From: Candidatus Krumholzibacteriia bacterium
GTDB taxonomy: Bacteria; Krumholzibacteriota; Krumholzibacteriia; LZORAL124-64-63
DNA: 31,557 nucleotides
NCBI GenBank assembly: GCA_046484865.1
Contig: JAWOID010000129.1
Coordinates: 1 to 31,557, forward strand
Direction of reading: 5' to 3'
The notes under the pieces were generated by a model. That model ran no database searches. It was given only the letters and a program-made list of their open reading frames with translations, and was not told the DNA's origin. Position numbers and translations under genes: made by a program. Below, piece by piece: positions 11,006 through 18,316 of the stretch; position 1 is the first letter of the stretch; each line of letters starts with the position of its first letter.

Positions 11006-11034
11006 TTCACGAGTCCGAGCGCATCTGGTATAGT
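11006..11034 (+). promoter_or_regulatory. Putative sigma70 promoter for the hybrid kinase
   Basis: TTCACG (11006-11011)-N17-TATAGT (11029-11034), with TG at 11026-11027. Confidence 0.55.
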
Positions 11035-11115
11035 TGCCGCTCGTCTCGCCGCCGGAGCGGGGAGCCCCGCACGTCGACCGCCGCGACGGAACGGTGGAGC
11101 CGTGGAGGAACGGCC

Positions 11116-12684
11116 GTGAAGAGCGAGCTCCTGCCGATGCTACCGGACGGATTCGACGAACGTTCGCTGCTCGCCGCCGTGGTCCCCTGCCTGATGGAAG
11201 GGCTCGTGGTATGCGGCCGTGACGAGCGCTTCCTGCTGGTGAATCCCGCCGCGGCCGTCATGCTCGGCTACCGTCCCGAACAGCTGGTGGGACGATCGCA
11301 GTACTGCGTCATTCCCGAGGATCAGCGACCGGTGATCGCCGCCGCCGATCAACGGCGCCTCCAGGGCATCGGGGACCACTACGAGGTGGAACTGCTGCGC
11401 GAGGACGGCGCGCGGCTGCCGGTGCGGGTCAGCGGCAGCCCCTGGCACCACGAGAGGCGATTCGCCGGCACGGTGGCGGTCTTCTGCGACCTCAGCGATC
11501 AGCGGCGCGCGGCCGACGAACACGCGCGGCTCGAGGATCAGCTCCGTCAGGCGCAGAAGATGGAGGCCCTGGGGCAACTCGCCGGCGGCATCGCGCACGA
11601 CTTCAATAACATCCTGCAGGTGATCCTCGGCTTCGGCGAACTGGCGCTGATGGAGTTCGCCGACGGTCTGCCCGCCCGCGGTTCGGTGGAGGAGATCCTG
11701 CGCGCCTCCCGCCGGGCGCAGGAGCTGGTGCAGCAGGTGCTCTCGTTCGGCAGACGCAACGACCGCGCGGTCAGGTCGATGCTCCTGCAGCCGGCGCTCA
11801 AGGAAGGGTTGAAGATGCTGCGCTCCACCCTTCCGGCAACCATCGCGATCCGCCAGGAGATCGCGACGGACTGCCCGCCGGTGTACGCCAATCCCGCCTT
11901 CCTGCACCAGATCCTGATGAACCTCTGCACCAATGCAGCCCGGGCGATGCGCCGTTCCGGAGGCACGCTGCACGTGGTCCTCGAGGGGGTGCAGGTGCAA
12001 GAGCATTTCGCCGCCGCCGACCGGCTGGTGGCGCCCGGGCACTACGTGCGGCTTTCCGTCGCCGACGACGGGGTCGGCATGACGCCGGACGTCGTCGAGC
12101 GCATCTTCGAACCCTACTACACCACCCGTGAGCCGGGCGAGGGGACCGGGCTGGGACTGTCGGTGGTGCACGGGATCGTGACCCAGCTGGGAGGCGCCGT
12201 GGCGGTGGAGAGCGCACCGGGGGTGGGGTCCGCGTTCCACCTCTACCTGCCGGCGGTTCCGGCCGCGGTGCCGCACGAAGTGCCGCTCGCCCGCGTGGCG
12301 AGCGCCGGCGGTGACGAGCGGCTGCTGGTGGTCGATGACGAGCCGCAGCTCGTGCGGCTGCTGGATCGTCAACTCTCCGCCCTCGGTTACCGGGTGGTCA
12401 CCGCCGCGGACGGGCGGGCGGCCCTGGCCGCGTTCCACGACGACCCCGAAGGCTTCGATCTGCTGCTGGCGGACCAGACCATGCCGGGACTCACGGGACG
12501 CGAGCTGCTGATGGAGGTGCGCCGACGCCGGCCCGACCTCCCGGTGGTGATCTGCTCCGGATTCAGCGACGACTTCGATGCGAACGTCGCCGCCGAACTG
12601 AACGCCGTTTTCCTGCCCAAGCCCATCACCGGCGAGTTGCTGGCCCGGACGATCCGCCAGGCCCTCGACGGCGACGCCGGCTAG
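11116..12684 (+). CDS. Cytoplasmic PAS-HisKA-HATPase-REC hybrid sensor histidine kinase (CckA/NtrB-like H-box)
   Basis: GGAGG RBS then GTG 11116. PAS ([16 protein letters not shown]), H-box [24 protein letters not shown]-box [11 protein letters not shown] boxes DDGVGM / IFEPYYTT / GTGLGLS, REC (LLVVDDE...[13 protein letters not shown]...FLPKP). No transmembrane segment is evident. Confidence 0.93.
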   Translation: MKSELLPMLPDGFDERSLLAAVVPCLMEGLVVCGRDERFLLVNPAAAVMLGYRPEQLVGRSQYCVIPEDQRPVIAAADQRRLQGIGDHYEVELLREDGARLPVRVSGSPWHHERRFAGTVAVFCDLSDQRRAADEHARLEDQLRQAQKMEALGQLAGGIAHDFNNILQVILGFGELALMEFADGLPARGSVEEILRASRRAQELVQQVLSFGRRNDRAVRSMLLQPALKEGLKMLRSTLPATIAIRQEIATDCPPVYANPAFLHQILMNLCTNAARAMRRSGGTLHVVLEGVQVQEHFAAADRLVAPGHYVRLSVADDGVGMTPDVVERIFEPYYTTREPGEGTGLGLSVVHGIVTQLGGAVAVESAPGVGSAFHLYLPAVPAAVPHEVPLARVASAGGDERLLVVDDEPQLVRLLDRQLSALGYRVVTAADGRAALAAFHDDPEGFDLLLADQTMPGLTGRELLMEVRRRRPDLPVVICSGFSDDFDANVAAELNAVFLPKPITGELLARTIRQALDGDAG

Positions 12685-12722
12685 CCCGTCGGATCGGCGG
12701 AGATCCCGCCCGGGGCTGCACG

Positions 12723-14171
12723 TCAGAGCGGCGGTCGGCTGCCCGGCCCGTAGCCGGTCAGCTCCACGTACCCGAGACCCACCGTCGCAGCCTCGCCCCC
12801 TGGGGACCCTCGCATCGCGGCGGCGGCCACCGCGCCCTCCCAGTAGAAGATGCCCGCGCGCCGCGACACGTTCTCCTGGGCGTCCACGCGCGCGGCCAGT
12901 TCCAGGTCGAGGCCCGCCGAGGGGACCTGCAGTCGCCAGCGTACCGGGTACACGGCCCCGGTCTCGGGGCTGCGCCAGGTGCCCAGCGGCGTCCAGGACC
13001 ACTCGTCGAGGGACAACCGCCGGACGGTGCCGTCCGCCTCCACCAGGGTGCCCAGGCCGTAATCGGCGGCGCCGCCGGCATCGCGCAGCCGGTACAGCAT
13101 CAGCTCGCGGCCGTCGTCCAGCTGGAGGCTGAGCCAGTCCCAGCCCGTCTGCCCCGGCGCCAGCGTGCTCGTGAAGATCTCGCGATCCATCCAGCACTGG
13201 CCCCGTACGCGCCGCGGCGGCCCTCCGGCCGCAACCGTGCCGGTCGCCGCCAGGCGCGGGAAGCTGTAATAGAGGCTGGCCGCCACACTCTCGGCGCCGC
13301 CGGTGCCCCCGGCGCTCTCGGCGCCGTCGGCGCCGCCGCTGCCGGGCGCCGCTTCGCTCCCTTGGCTGCCCGCCGCCGCTTCGCTCCCCGCCGCCGCGGC
13401 GGCCGCCGCAGCGGCCGACTTGGGGCTGTAGCCGTTCGGCCCCTGGAAGACGTGCGGCTGCAGGGGCTCGGCCACGAGATCGAGCCACAGGCCGCGCCGG
13501 GCGTCGGCGGCCGTGATGCGGAAACCGGTCCCGGTCCACATCAGCCGCCACGGGGCGGCGGTCCCGGCCGGTCCGCGCGACCAGGCGATGAGACTGTCCT
13601 CGGGCGCGCCGAAGCCTCCCAGCAGCGGCACCGCGCGGTAGAGCACCTCCGAGAACACGTGCTCGCCGGTGGCGACGTCGGTGACCGAGGCGTGCCCCAT
13701 GATCAGGTCGGTCGCAGCCCAGGCCGAGGCGAGCCGCGGCGGCTGCGACAACAGGCCCACGCGGAAGAAGGTGAACTGGAAGCCGTACCGGGGCAGCGCT
13801 CCGGCGTCGTCGCCCATCTCTGCCAGGTGCCCGGTGAAATACCACCACTCGGTCTTGAAGCCGGGATGTCGCCAGTGCGCCCGCGGAAACTCCCAGGCGT
13901 GGTCGGGTCGTGCCTGTCGCCAGCCGGCGCTGCGGCCGGAAGGGGCCGCGGCCGGCGGCGGGGCCATGCCGGTGGCGGCGGCGACCGCTTCCGAGGCGGG
14001 CTCCGCGGACGCCTCCGCGGACGCCTCCGCGATCGCGCCCGGTCCGGGCGACCCGACGGCACCCGCCAGCAGCGAGATCGCCAGCACCGGGACCGCCCCT
14101 CCGACGACGGCGGCCCGCCGGCCGCAGGCCGTCCGCGTCGCCGATCGCCGTCCCGTCCATCGGGTCGTCAC
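12723..14171 (-). CDS. AttH/CrtC-like secreted lipocalin-fold protein ('carotenoid 1,2-hydratase-like' family)
   Basis: FPRAHWRHPGFKTEWWYFTGHL, YGFQFTFFR, QGPNGYSPK, SLYYSFPRL, WMDRE, GWDWLSLQLDDGRELMLYRLR, WRSPETGAVYPVRW, YWEGAV, GYVELTGY. GTG start overlaps the permease stop (GTGA); N-terminal Arg-rich then hydrophobic signal. Confidence 0.85.
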   Translation of the reverse strand: MTTRWTGRRSATRTACGRRAAVVGGAVPVLAISLLAGAVGSPGPGAIAEASAEASAEPASEAVAAATGMAPPPAAAPSGRSAGWRQARPDHAWEFPRAHWRHPGFKTEWWYFTGHLAEMGDDAGALPRYGFQFTFFRVGLLSQPPRLASAWAATDLIMGHASVTDVATGEHVFSEVLYRAVPLLGGFGAPEDSLIAWSRGPAGTAAPWRLMWTGTGFRITAADARRGLWLDLVAEPLQPHVFQGPNGYSPKSAAAAAAAAAGSEAAAGSQGSEAAPGSGGADGAESAGGTGGAESVAASLYYSFPRLAATGTVAAGGPPRRVRGQCWMDREIFTSTLAPGQTGWDWLSLQLDDGRELMLYRLRDAGGAADYGLGTLVEADGTVRRLSLDEWSWTPLGTWRSPETGAVYPVRWRLQVPSAGLDLELAARVDAQENVSRRAGIFYWEGAVAAAAMRGSPGGEAATVGLGYVELTGYGPGSRPPL

Positions 14172-16780
14172 GTCAGATCCTCCCGGCTCAGCTCGGTGGC
14201 GGGCGTGCGGCTGCCACGGAGCGCGGGATAGGCGCTGGCCGCGACCGCCGCCGCCAGGATCACCGCCGCCTGCTGCGCCAGTTCGAGCACGGGCCAGGCC
14301 GGCCGGATGGTCCAGCCGAAGTAGGCGCGGTTGATCACCAGGATCAGGAGGGCCGCCAGGGCCAGCCCTCCCACCATGCCCAGGAGCAGACCCAGGATGC
14401 CCATGCCCAGCCCTTCGCCCAGGAACACCAGGAACACCTGCCTTCGCAACGCTCCGAGTACGCGCCACAGGGCCAGCTCGGCCGCTCGCTCGCGCGCCTG
14501 GACGAGCAGCGTCAGCGAGATTCCCGTCACCGCGATGAGTAGCGCCATGGCGACGAGGATGCGGGTGATCGCGAAGGTCTGGTCGAAGATCGCCAGCACC
14601 TCGCCGCGGAGGGTCCGGTTGCTCCGGAACACCAGCGGCTCGCCGCCGAAATGGGCCTTCAGACGATCCACCAGGTCCTGGGGATCGAGGTCCGGTTCCG
14701 CCCAGAGCGCGACATTGTGCGCCGGACCCGGTCCGAAGTGTCGCTCCAGCAGCTCGATGGCGGCGAACGCGGAACCACCCTCGGTGGAGTAGTCGTAGGT
14801 GACGCCCACGATCGGCACGCCCACCTCGCCGCCCGGCGCGGCCAGCACGAGGGTGTCGCCGGGCGCCAGCCCCTCCTTGCGCGCCAGCGGCTCGCTCACC
14901 ACCACGGCATCGCCGGCGCGCAGGCGCTCGGCCACCTGCTGCGGGTCGCCGGTCATCAGGGGCAGTCGGCGTGACCAGTCGATCCCGGCGGCATCCTCGA
15001 TGGTGAGGCCGCTGAGCTGGATCAGGCGGCGCTCGTCGGGCCGGTCGCGCCGGCTGCCCGCACGCACCCGCAGGCCGCGCAGCTGCTCCAGGGCCCGCAC
15101 GCCGGGCACTCCCGCCAGGTCGGCGGCCAGTCCCTGCCGCAGGCCGGCCTCGCTGCCGGCCCGCACCCACGACTCGCTGGTCACGTAGACGTCGGCGCGG
15201 AGGGTCACGTCCAGCCACGTGACGAGGGTGGTGCGGAAGCTCTCCACCAGCAGGGTGATTCCCACCATCATGCTGACGGTGACCGCCAGCGCCGCCACCG
15301 CGCTGCTCGTGGCCTGCAGCCGGGTGGTCAGGTTCTTCACGCTCAGGGCCAGACCGAAGCCGCGCGGGCGGACCCGGGCGCACAGCGTGCGGATCGTCAT
15401 CGGGGCCAGGAGCGGCAGCACCACCAGCAGCAGGAAGCCCAGCACGAACCCGCCTTCCCGCAGGGTATGCCCCCAGGCCGCGAACCAGGCCACGCCTGCC
15501 GACGCGATCACCGCCCCCGCCACCGCCAGCCGCGGCGCCGATCGACCCGCCCGCACGTGCAGGCTGCTGGCCGCCAGCAGGGAGGTGATGTCGCGCCGGC
15601 TCATGTCGAGCGCCGGCGCCAGCGCGCCGAGCACCGCGCCGCCCACGCCGATGGCCACCCCGAGCAGTACCACCAGCGGCGGCAGCGTGAGCCGCTCGAT
15701 CTCCTCCAGGAGGTAGATGTTCGTGAGGGTGGCGCTCACCGCCTCCACGTTGTGGACGGCCACCATGTGGCCCAGCGGAATGCCCGCGGCGGTCCCCACC
15801 GCACCCAGGAGCGCCGCCTCGGCCAGGACGAGATTGAGCAGTTGCTGTCGGGTGGCCCCCAGCGAGCGCAGCAGGCCGAACTCGCCGCGCCGGCGCACCA
15901 GCGAGGCCTGCACGCTGGTGTAGATGAGGAACAGCCCGACGAACACGCTGATCAGGCTCAGCGCGGTCAGGTTGAGCCGGAAGGCTTCCAGCAGCCCCGC
16001 CGCTTCCTGGTTGCGCTGCTCGGGGGTCTGCACCAGGACCGCTGCACCGAGGGCGCGCTCCAGGCGGGCGGCGGTGAGTTCCAGGCCGTGCCCAGGAGCC
16101 AGGCGCACGTCGATCTGGTGGATACGACCCGGCCGCCCGAACAGCGCCTGCGCCTGGGCGATGTCCATGACCGCGATCTTGCGGGTGGCCAGAGCGGTGA
16201 TGCGGGCGAAGTCGACCAGCGCGCCGACCTCGAGGCGAGCCTGACGGCTACCGCTGCTGACCCGGATGGTGTCGCCCCGCTCCCAGCCCATCTCCGCTGC
16301 GAACGCCGGCGTGAGCGCCACCCAGCCGGGCCGCGCCAGCGCCGCGGCGAGTTGCGCCGCCGGGTCCGGGTTCGCCGCCGCCGCCGCGGAATCGCCGGAG
16401 TCGTCCGGCGCGCCCATCTCCAGGGGCAGTTGCACCGGGGCGAACAGGTCGAGGCCGACGATCTCCAGGAAGAGGTCGTCGCGGCCCGCCACGGCCACGT
16501 CCACCCGGTAGAGCGGCCACGCGGCCGCCACCGCCGGGTCGGCGAGCACGTCGACCAGCAGCTCCTCGTCCAGCGTGGGAGCGCGACCGAGCACGCTGAG
16601 ATCGGCCTCGCCGCTGACCGCCTGCACGCTGCCGGCGAACGCGAGCAGGGCACCCTGGTTGAGCACCTGGATGGCCACCGCCGAGCCGACGCCCAGCGCC
16701 ACCCCGAAGACCGTGAGCAGCAGCAGGGTCTTGCCCCGGCGGAGCTGCGCCGCCGCGCTGCGCGCCAGGTAGGGTCTCAC
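14168..16780 (-). CDS. FtsX/MacB-like ABC permease with two fused halves (AttF/G-type)
   Basis: GTG 16780 after a GAGGAG RBS. Two repeats of TM + periplasmic domain + 3 TM, with AFRLNLTALSLISVFVGLFLIY, RRGEFGLLRSLGAT, IFDQTFAIT, ELALWRVLGA and VINRAYFGWTI. Confidence 0.9.
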   Translation of the reverse strand: MRPYLARSAAAQLRRGKTLLLLTVFGVALGVGSAVAIQVLNQGALLAFAGSVQAVSGEADLSVLGRAPTLDEELLVDVLADPAVAAAWPLYRVDVAVAGRDDLFLEIVGLDLFAPVQLPLEMGAPDDSGDSAAAAANPDPAAQLAAALARPGWVALTPAFAAEMGWERGDTIRVSSGSRQARLEVGALVDFARITALATRKIAVMDIAQAQALFGRPGRIHQIDVRLAPGHGLELTAARLERALGAAVLVQTPEQRNQEAAGLLEAFRLNLTALSLISVFVGLFLIYTSVQASLVRRRGEFGLLRSLGATRQQLLNLVLAEAALLGAVGTAAGIPLGHMVAVHNVEAVSATLTNIYLLEEIERLTLPPLVVLLGVAIGVGGAVLGALAPALDMSRRDITSLLAASSLHVRAGRSAPRLAVAGAVIASAGVAWFAAWGHTLREGGFVLGFLLLVVLPLLAPMTIRTLCARVRPRGFGLALSVKNLTTRLQATSSAVAALAVTVSMMVGITLLVESFRTTLVTWLDVTLRADVYVTSESWVRAGSEAGLRQGLAADLAGVPGVRALEQLRGLRVRAGSRRDRPDERRLIQLSGLTIEDAAGIDWSRRLPLMTGDPQQVAERLRAGDAVVVSEPLARKEGLAPGDTLVLAAPGGEVGVPIVGVTYDYSTEGGSAFAAIELLERHFGPGPAHNVALWAEPDLDPQDLVDRLKAHFGGEPLVFRSNRTLRGEVLAIFDQTFAITRILVAMALLIAVTGISLTLLVQARERAAELALWRVLGALRRQVFLVFLGEGLGMGILGLLLGMVGGLALAALLILVINRAYFGWTIRPAWPVLELAQQAAVILAAAVAASAYPALRGSRTPATELSREDLT

Positions 16781-16790
16781 CCGCCGCTCC

Positions 16791-17486
16791 TCATCCGCCG
16801 TCTCCGTCGCCCGCCAGCACGCCGCTCTGCAGGCGCCACACGCGCTGGGCCAGCGCCGCCAGCTCGTCGCTGTGGGTGACGTAGAGCAGGGTCCCACCCG
16901 ACTCGCGGGTCATCTCCAGCAGCAGATCCATCACCACGCGGCCATTGAGGTCGTCCAGACTGCCGGTGGGCTCGTCCGCCAGCACCAGGGCCGGGCGATG
17001 CAGCAGCGCCCGCGCCAGGGCCACCCGCTGCATCTCGCCGCCGCTGAGCTGACCGGCCCGGTCGTCGCGACGCTCCCACAGGTCCACCCTGCGCAGCAGG
17101 TCCTCCGCGCGCCGCAGTTCAACGCGCCCGGCGCCCCCGGCGATCCACGCGGGCAGCAGCACGTTCTCGAGGATCGACAGGTGAGGCAACAGGTGGAAGA
17201 ACTGGAACACCAACCCCACGCGGCCGCGACGCAACCGCGTGCGCTCCGACTCGGACAGGCGGGCGAGATCACGCCCGTCGAGGGAGACCCGACCGTTGGT
17301 GGCGGTGTCGATGCCGGCCGCCAGGTGCAGCAACGTGCTCTTGCCGCTGCCGCTGCGGCCGACCAGCGCCGCCGTCTCGCCGGGCCGCAGGGCGAGCGTG
17401 ATGCCGCGCAGCACGTCGCGCGAGCGCCGTCCGCCGAGGTCGTAGGCCTTGGTCACGTCATCGAGTTGCAGGATGGGTTGGGTCAT
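16791..17486 (-). CDS. ABC transporter ATP-binding protein, LolD/MacB family (AttE-type)
   Basis: Walker [24 protein letters not shown], signature [15 protein letters not shown], Walker [12 protein letters not shown]-loop VTHS. ATG 17486. Confidence 0.94.
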   Translation of the reverse strand: MTQPILQLDDVTKAYDLGGRRSRDVLRGITLALRPGETAALVGRSGSGKSTLLHLAAGIDTATNGRVSLDGRDLARLSESERTRLRRGRVGLVFQFFHLLPHLSILENVLLPAWIAGGAGRVELRRAEDLLRRVDLWERRDDRAGQLSGGEMQRVALARALLHRPALVLADEPTGSLDDLNGRVVMDLLLEMTRESGGTLLYVTHSDELAALAQRVWRLQSGVLAGDGDGG

Positions 17487-17493
17487 GAAGGCC

Positions 17494-17502
17494 AAGATAG
17501 CA
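17494..17502 (-). promoter_or_regulatory. Extended -10 element 7 nt upstream of the ABC ATPase ATG (leaderless-type promoter)
   Basis: The minus strand reads TGC-TATCTT-ggccttc-ATG; there is no Shine-Dalgarno sequence in front of the ATG. Confidence 0.45.
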
Positions 17503-17579
17503 GCGCTCTCGTTCCCCGGGGAGAATAGGTGCGGCGGGCCCTCGCGAGGCCCGCCGCCTGCAGTCGCTCGGCACCGCCG

Positions 17580-17810
17580 TCAGGCGCGAGCAGGGAACCC
17601 CTCGTGCGACCGCCAGCGCATCTGGATGCGCTTCCAGCCGATCGCCTGGTACAGAGCGGCCACGCCCACCAGCACGTACACGGTGTTCATGAGGAGCGGC
17701 AGGCTGCCCAGCAGGGCGGCCACGAGGTCGAACTTGAACAGGCCCCAGAGGCCCCAGTTGAGTCCACCCACCACCAGCAGCACGGCGGCGAGGATATCCA
17801 GCGTCTTCAT
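17580..17810 (-). CDS. DUF378 family small membrane protein
   Basis: MKTLDILAAVLLVVGGLNWGLWGLFKFDLVAALLG......VYVLVGVAALY matches the characteristic GGLNWGL.G...FDLVA pattern. AAGGAG RBS before ATG 17810. Confidence 0.9.
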   Translation of the reverse strand: MKTLDILAAVLLVVGGLNWGLWGLFKFDLVAALLGSLPLLMNTVYVLVGVAALYQAIGWKRIQMRWRSHEGFPARA

Positions 17811-17889
17811 GATCGTCTCCTTTTCGGTTCCGTCGTCCAGCGCCGCGTCGCGGCTCGACCATCCGGCTCGTGATGCGCCTGTATCGATG

Positions 17890-18012
17890 GACACAGACTA
17901 TACATAAGATCCCGAACGTCAAGACCAAGTAAGTCGAACTTGTTTCACTGGACCAGTATAAAAAAATATCTCATCACCTCTTGCGTACTGTTCGGAGTTT
18001 GTCTATATTATA
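17890..18012. promoter_or_regulatory. AT-rich divergent promoter region
   Basis: Plus strand: A-tract 17958-17970 (UP-element position), TTGCGT (17981-17986)-N17-TATATT (18004-18009). Minus strand: TATAAT at 18007-18012, and TTGACG...TATAGT/TAGTCT nearer DUF378. Palindrome ACTGGaCCAGT at 17947-17957. Confidence 0.6.
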
Positions 18013-18034
18013 CCGGAGAGCAGCAGAGACAGGC

Positions 18035-18195
18035 CCGGGCAACGTGGCCCGGAAGCGAGTAGATCGACGGAAAGCGGCCACCGGAGCGGAAATCGCGGGA
18101 CCGACACATGCGCGGGGTCTGGTCCGCAGCGATGAACCGCGAAGGTCAGCAACAGGGTCGACAGCCCGGTGGCCGCCTCCCCTTCATTCCCCGTC
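18035..18195. other. Structured inverted-repeat segment (possible ncRNA or leader)
   Basis: Perfect 11-bp IR GCGGCCACCGG (18074-18084) / CCGGTGGCCGC (18166-18176), enclosing nested ATCGC/GCGAT and GGACC/GGTCC stems; 6-bp hairpin at 18035-18052. Confidence 0.35.
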
Positions 18196-18316
18196 AGCCG
18201 AGAAATCAGCAGAAGATCGAGGGCGTCCTGGAGGTCACGCAGGGCGGCAGGCAAAAGCGCGCCGGCGCGCGGACACGCGAGGCGACGCGGCCGGCCGCCG
18301 CCGGGGTCGAGGGGAG

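Noticed and set aside
11140..14160. 1006-aa minus-strand ORF and other Arg/Pro/Ala-rich long ORFs (17981-20677, 19164-21506, 26452-29442, 27444-30779)
   Set aside because: Alternative-frame or antisense artefacts of high GC overlapping well-supported genes.
18036..18085. Resemblance to a c-di-GMP-I riboswitch (GGCAA...GACGGAAAG) or the SRP helix-8 loop (CCGGAAG)
   Set aside because: The required P2 stem with GNRA loop, or the SRP symmetric/asymmetric loop pairing, cannot be built from the flanking bases.
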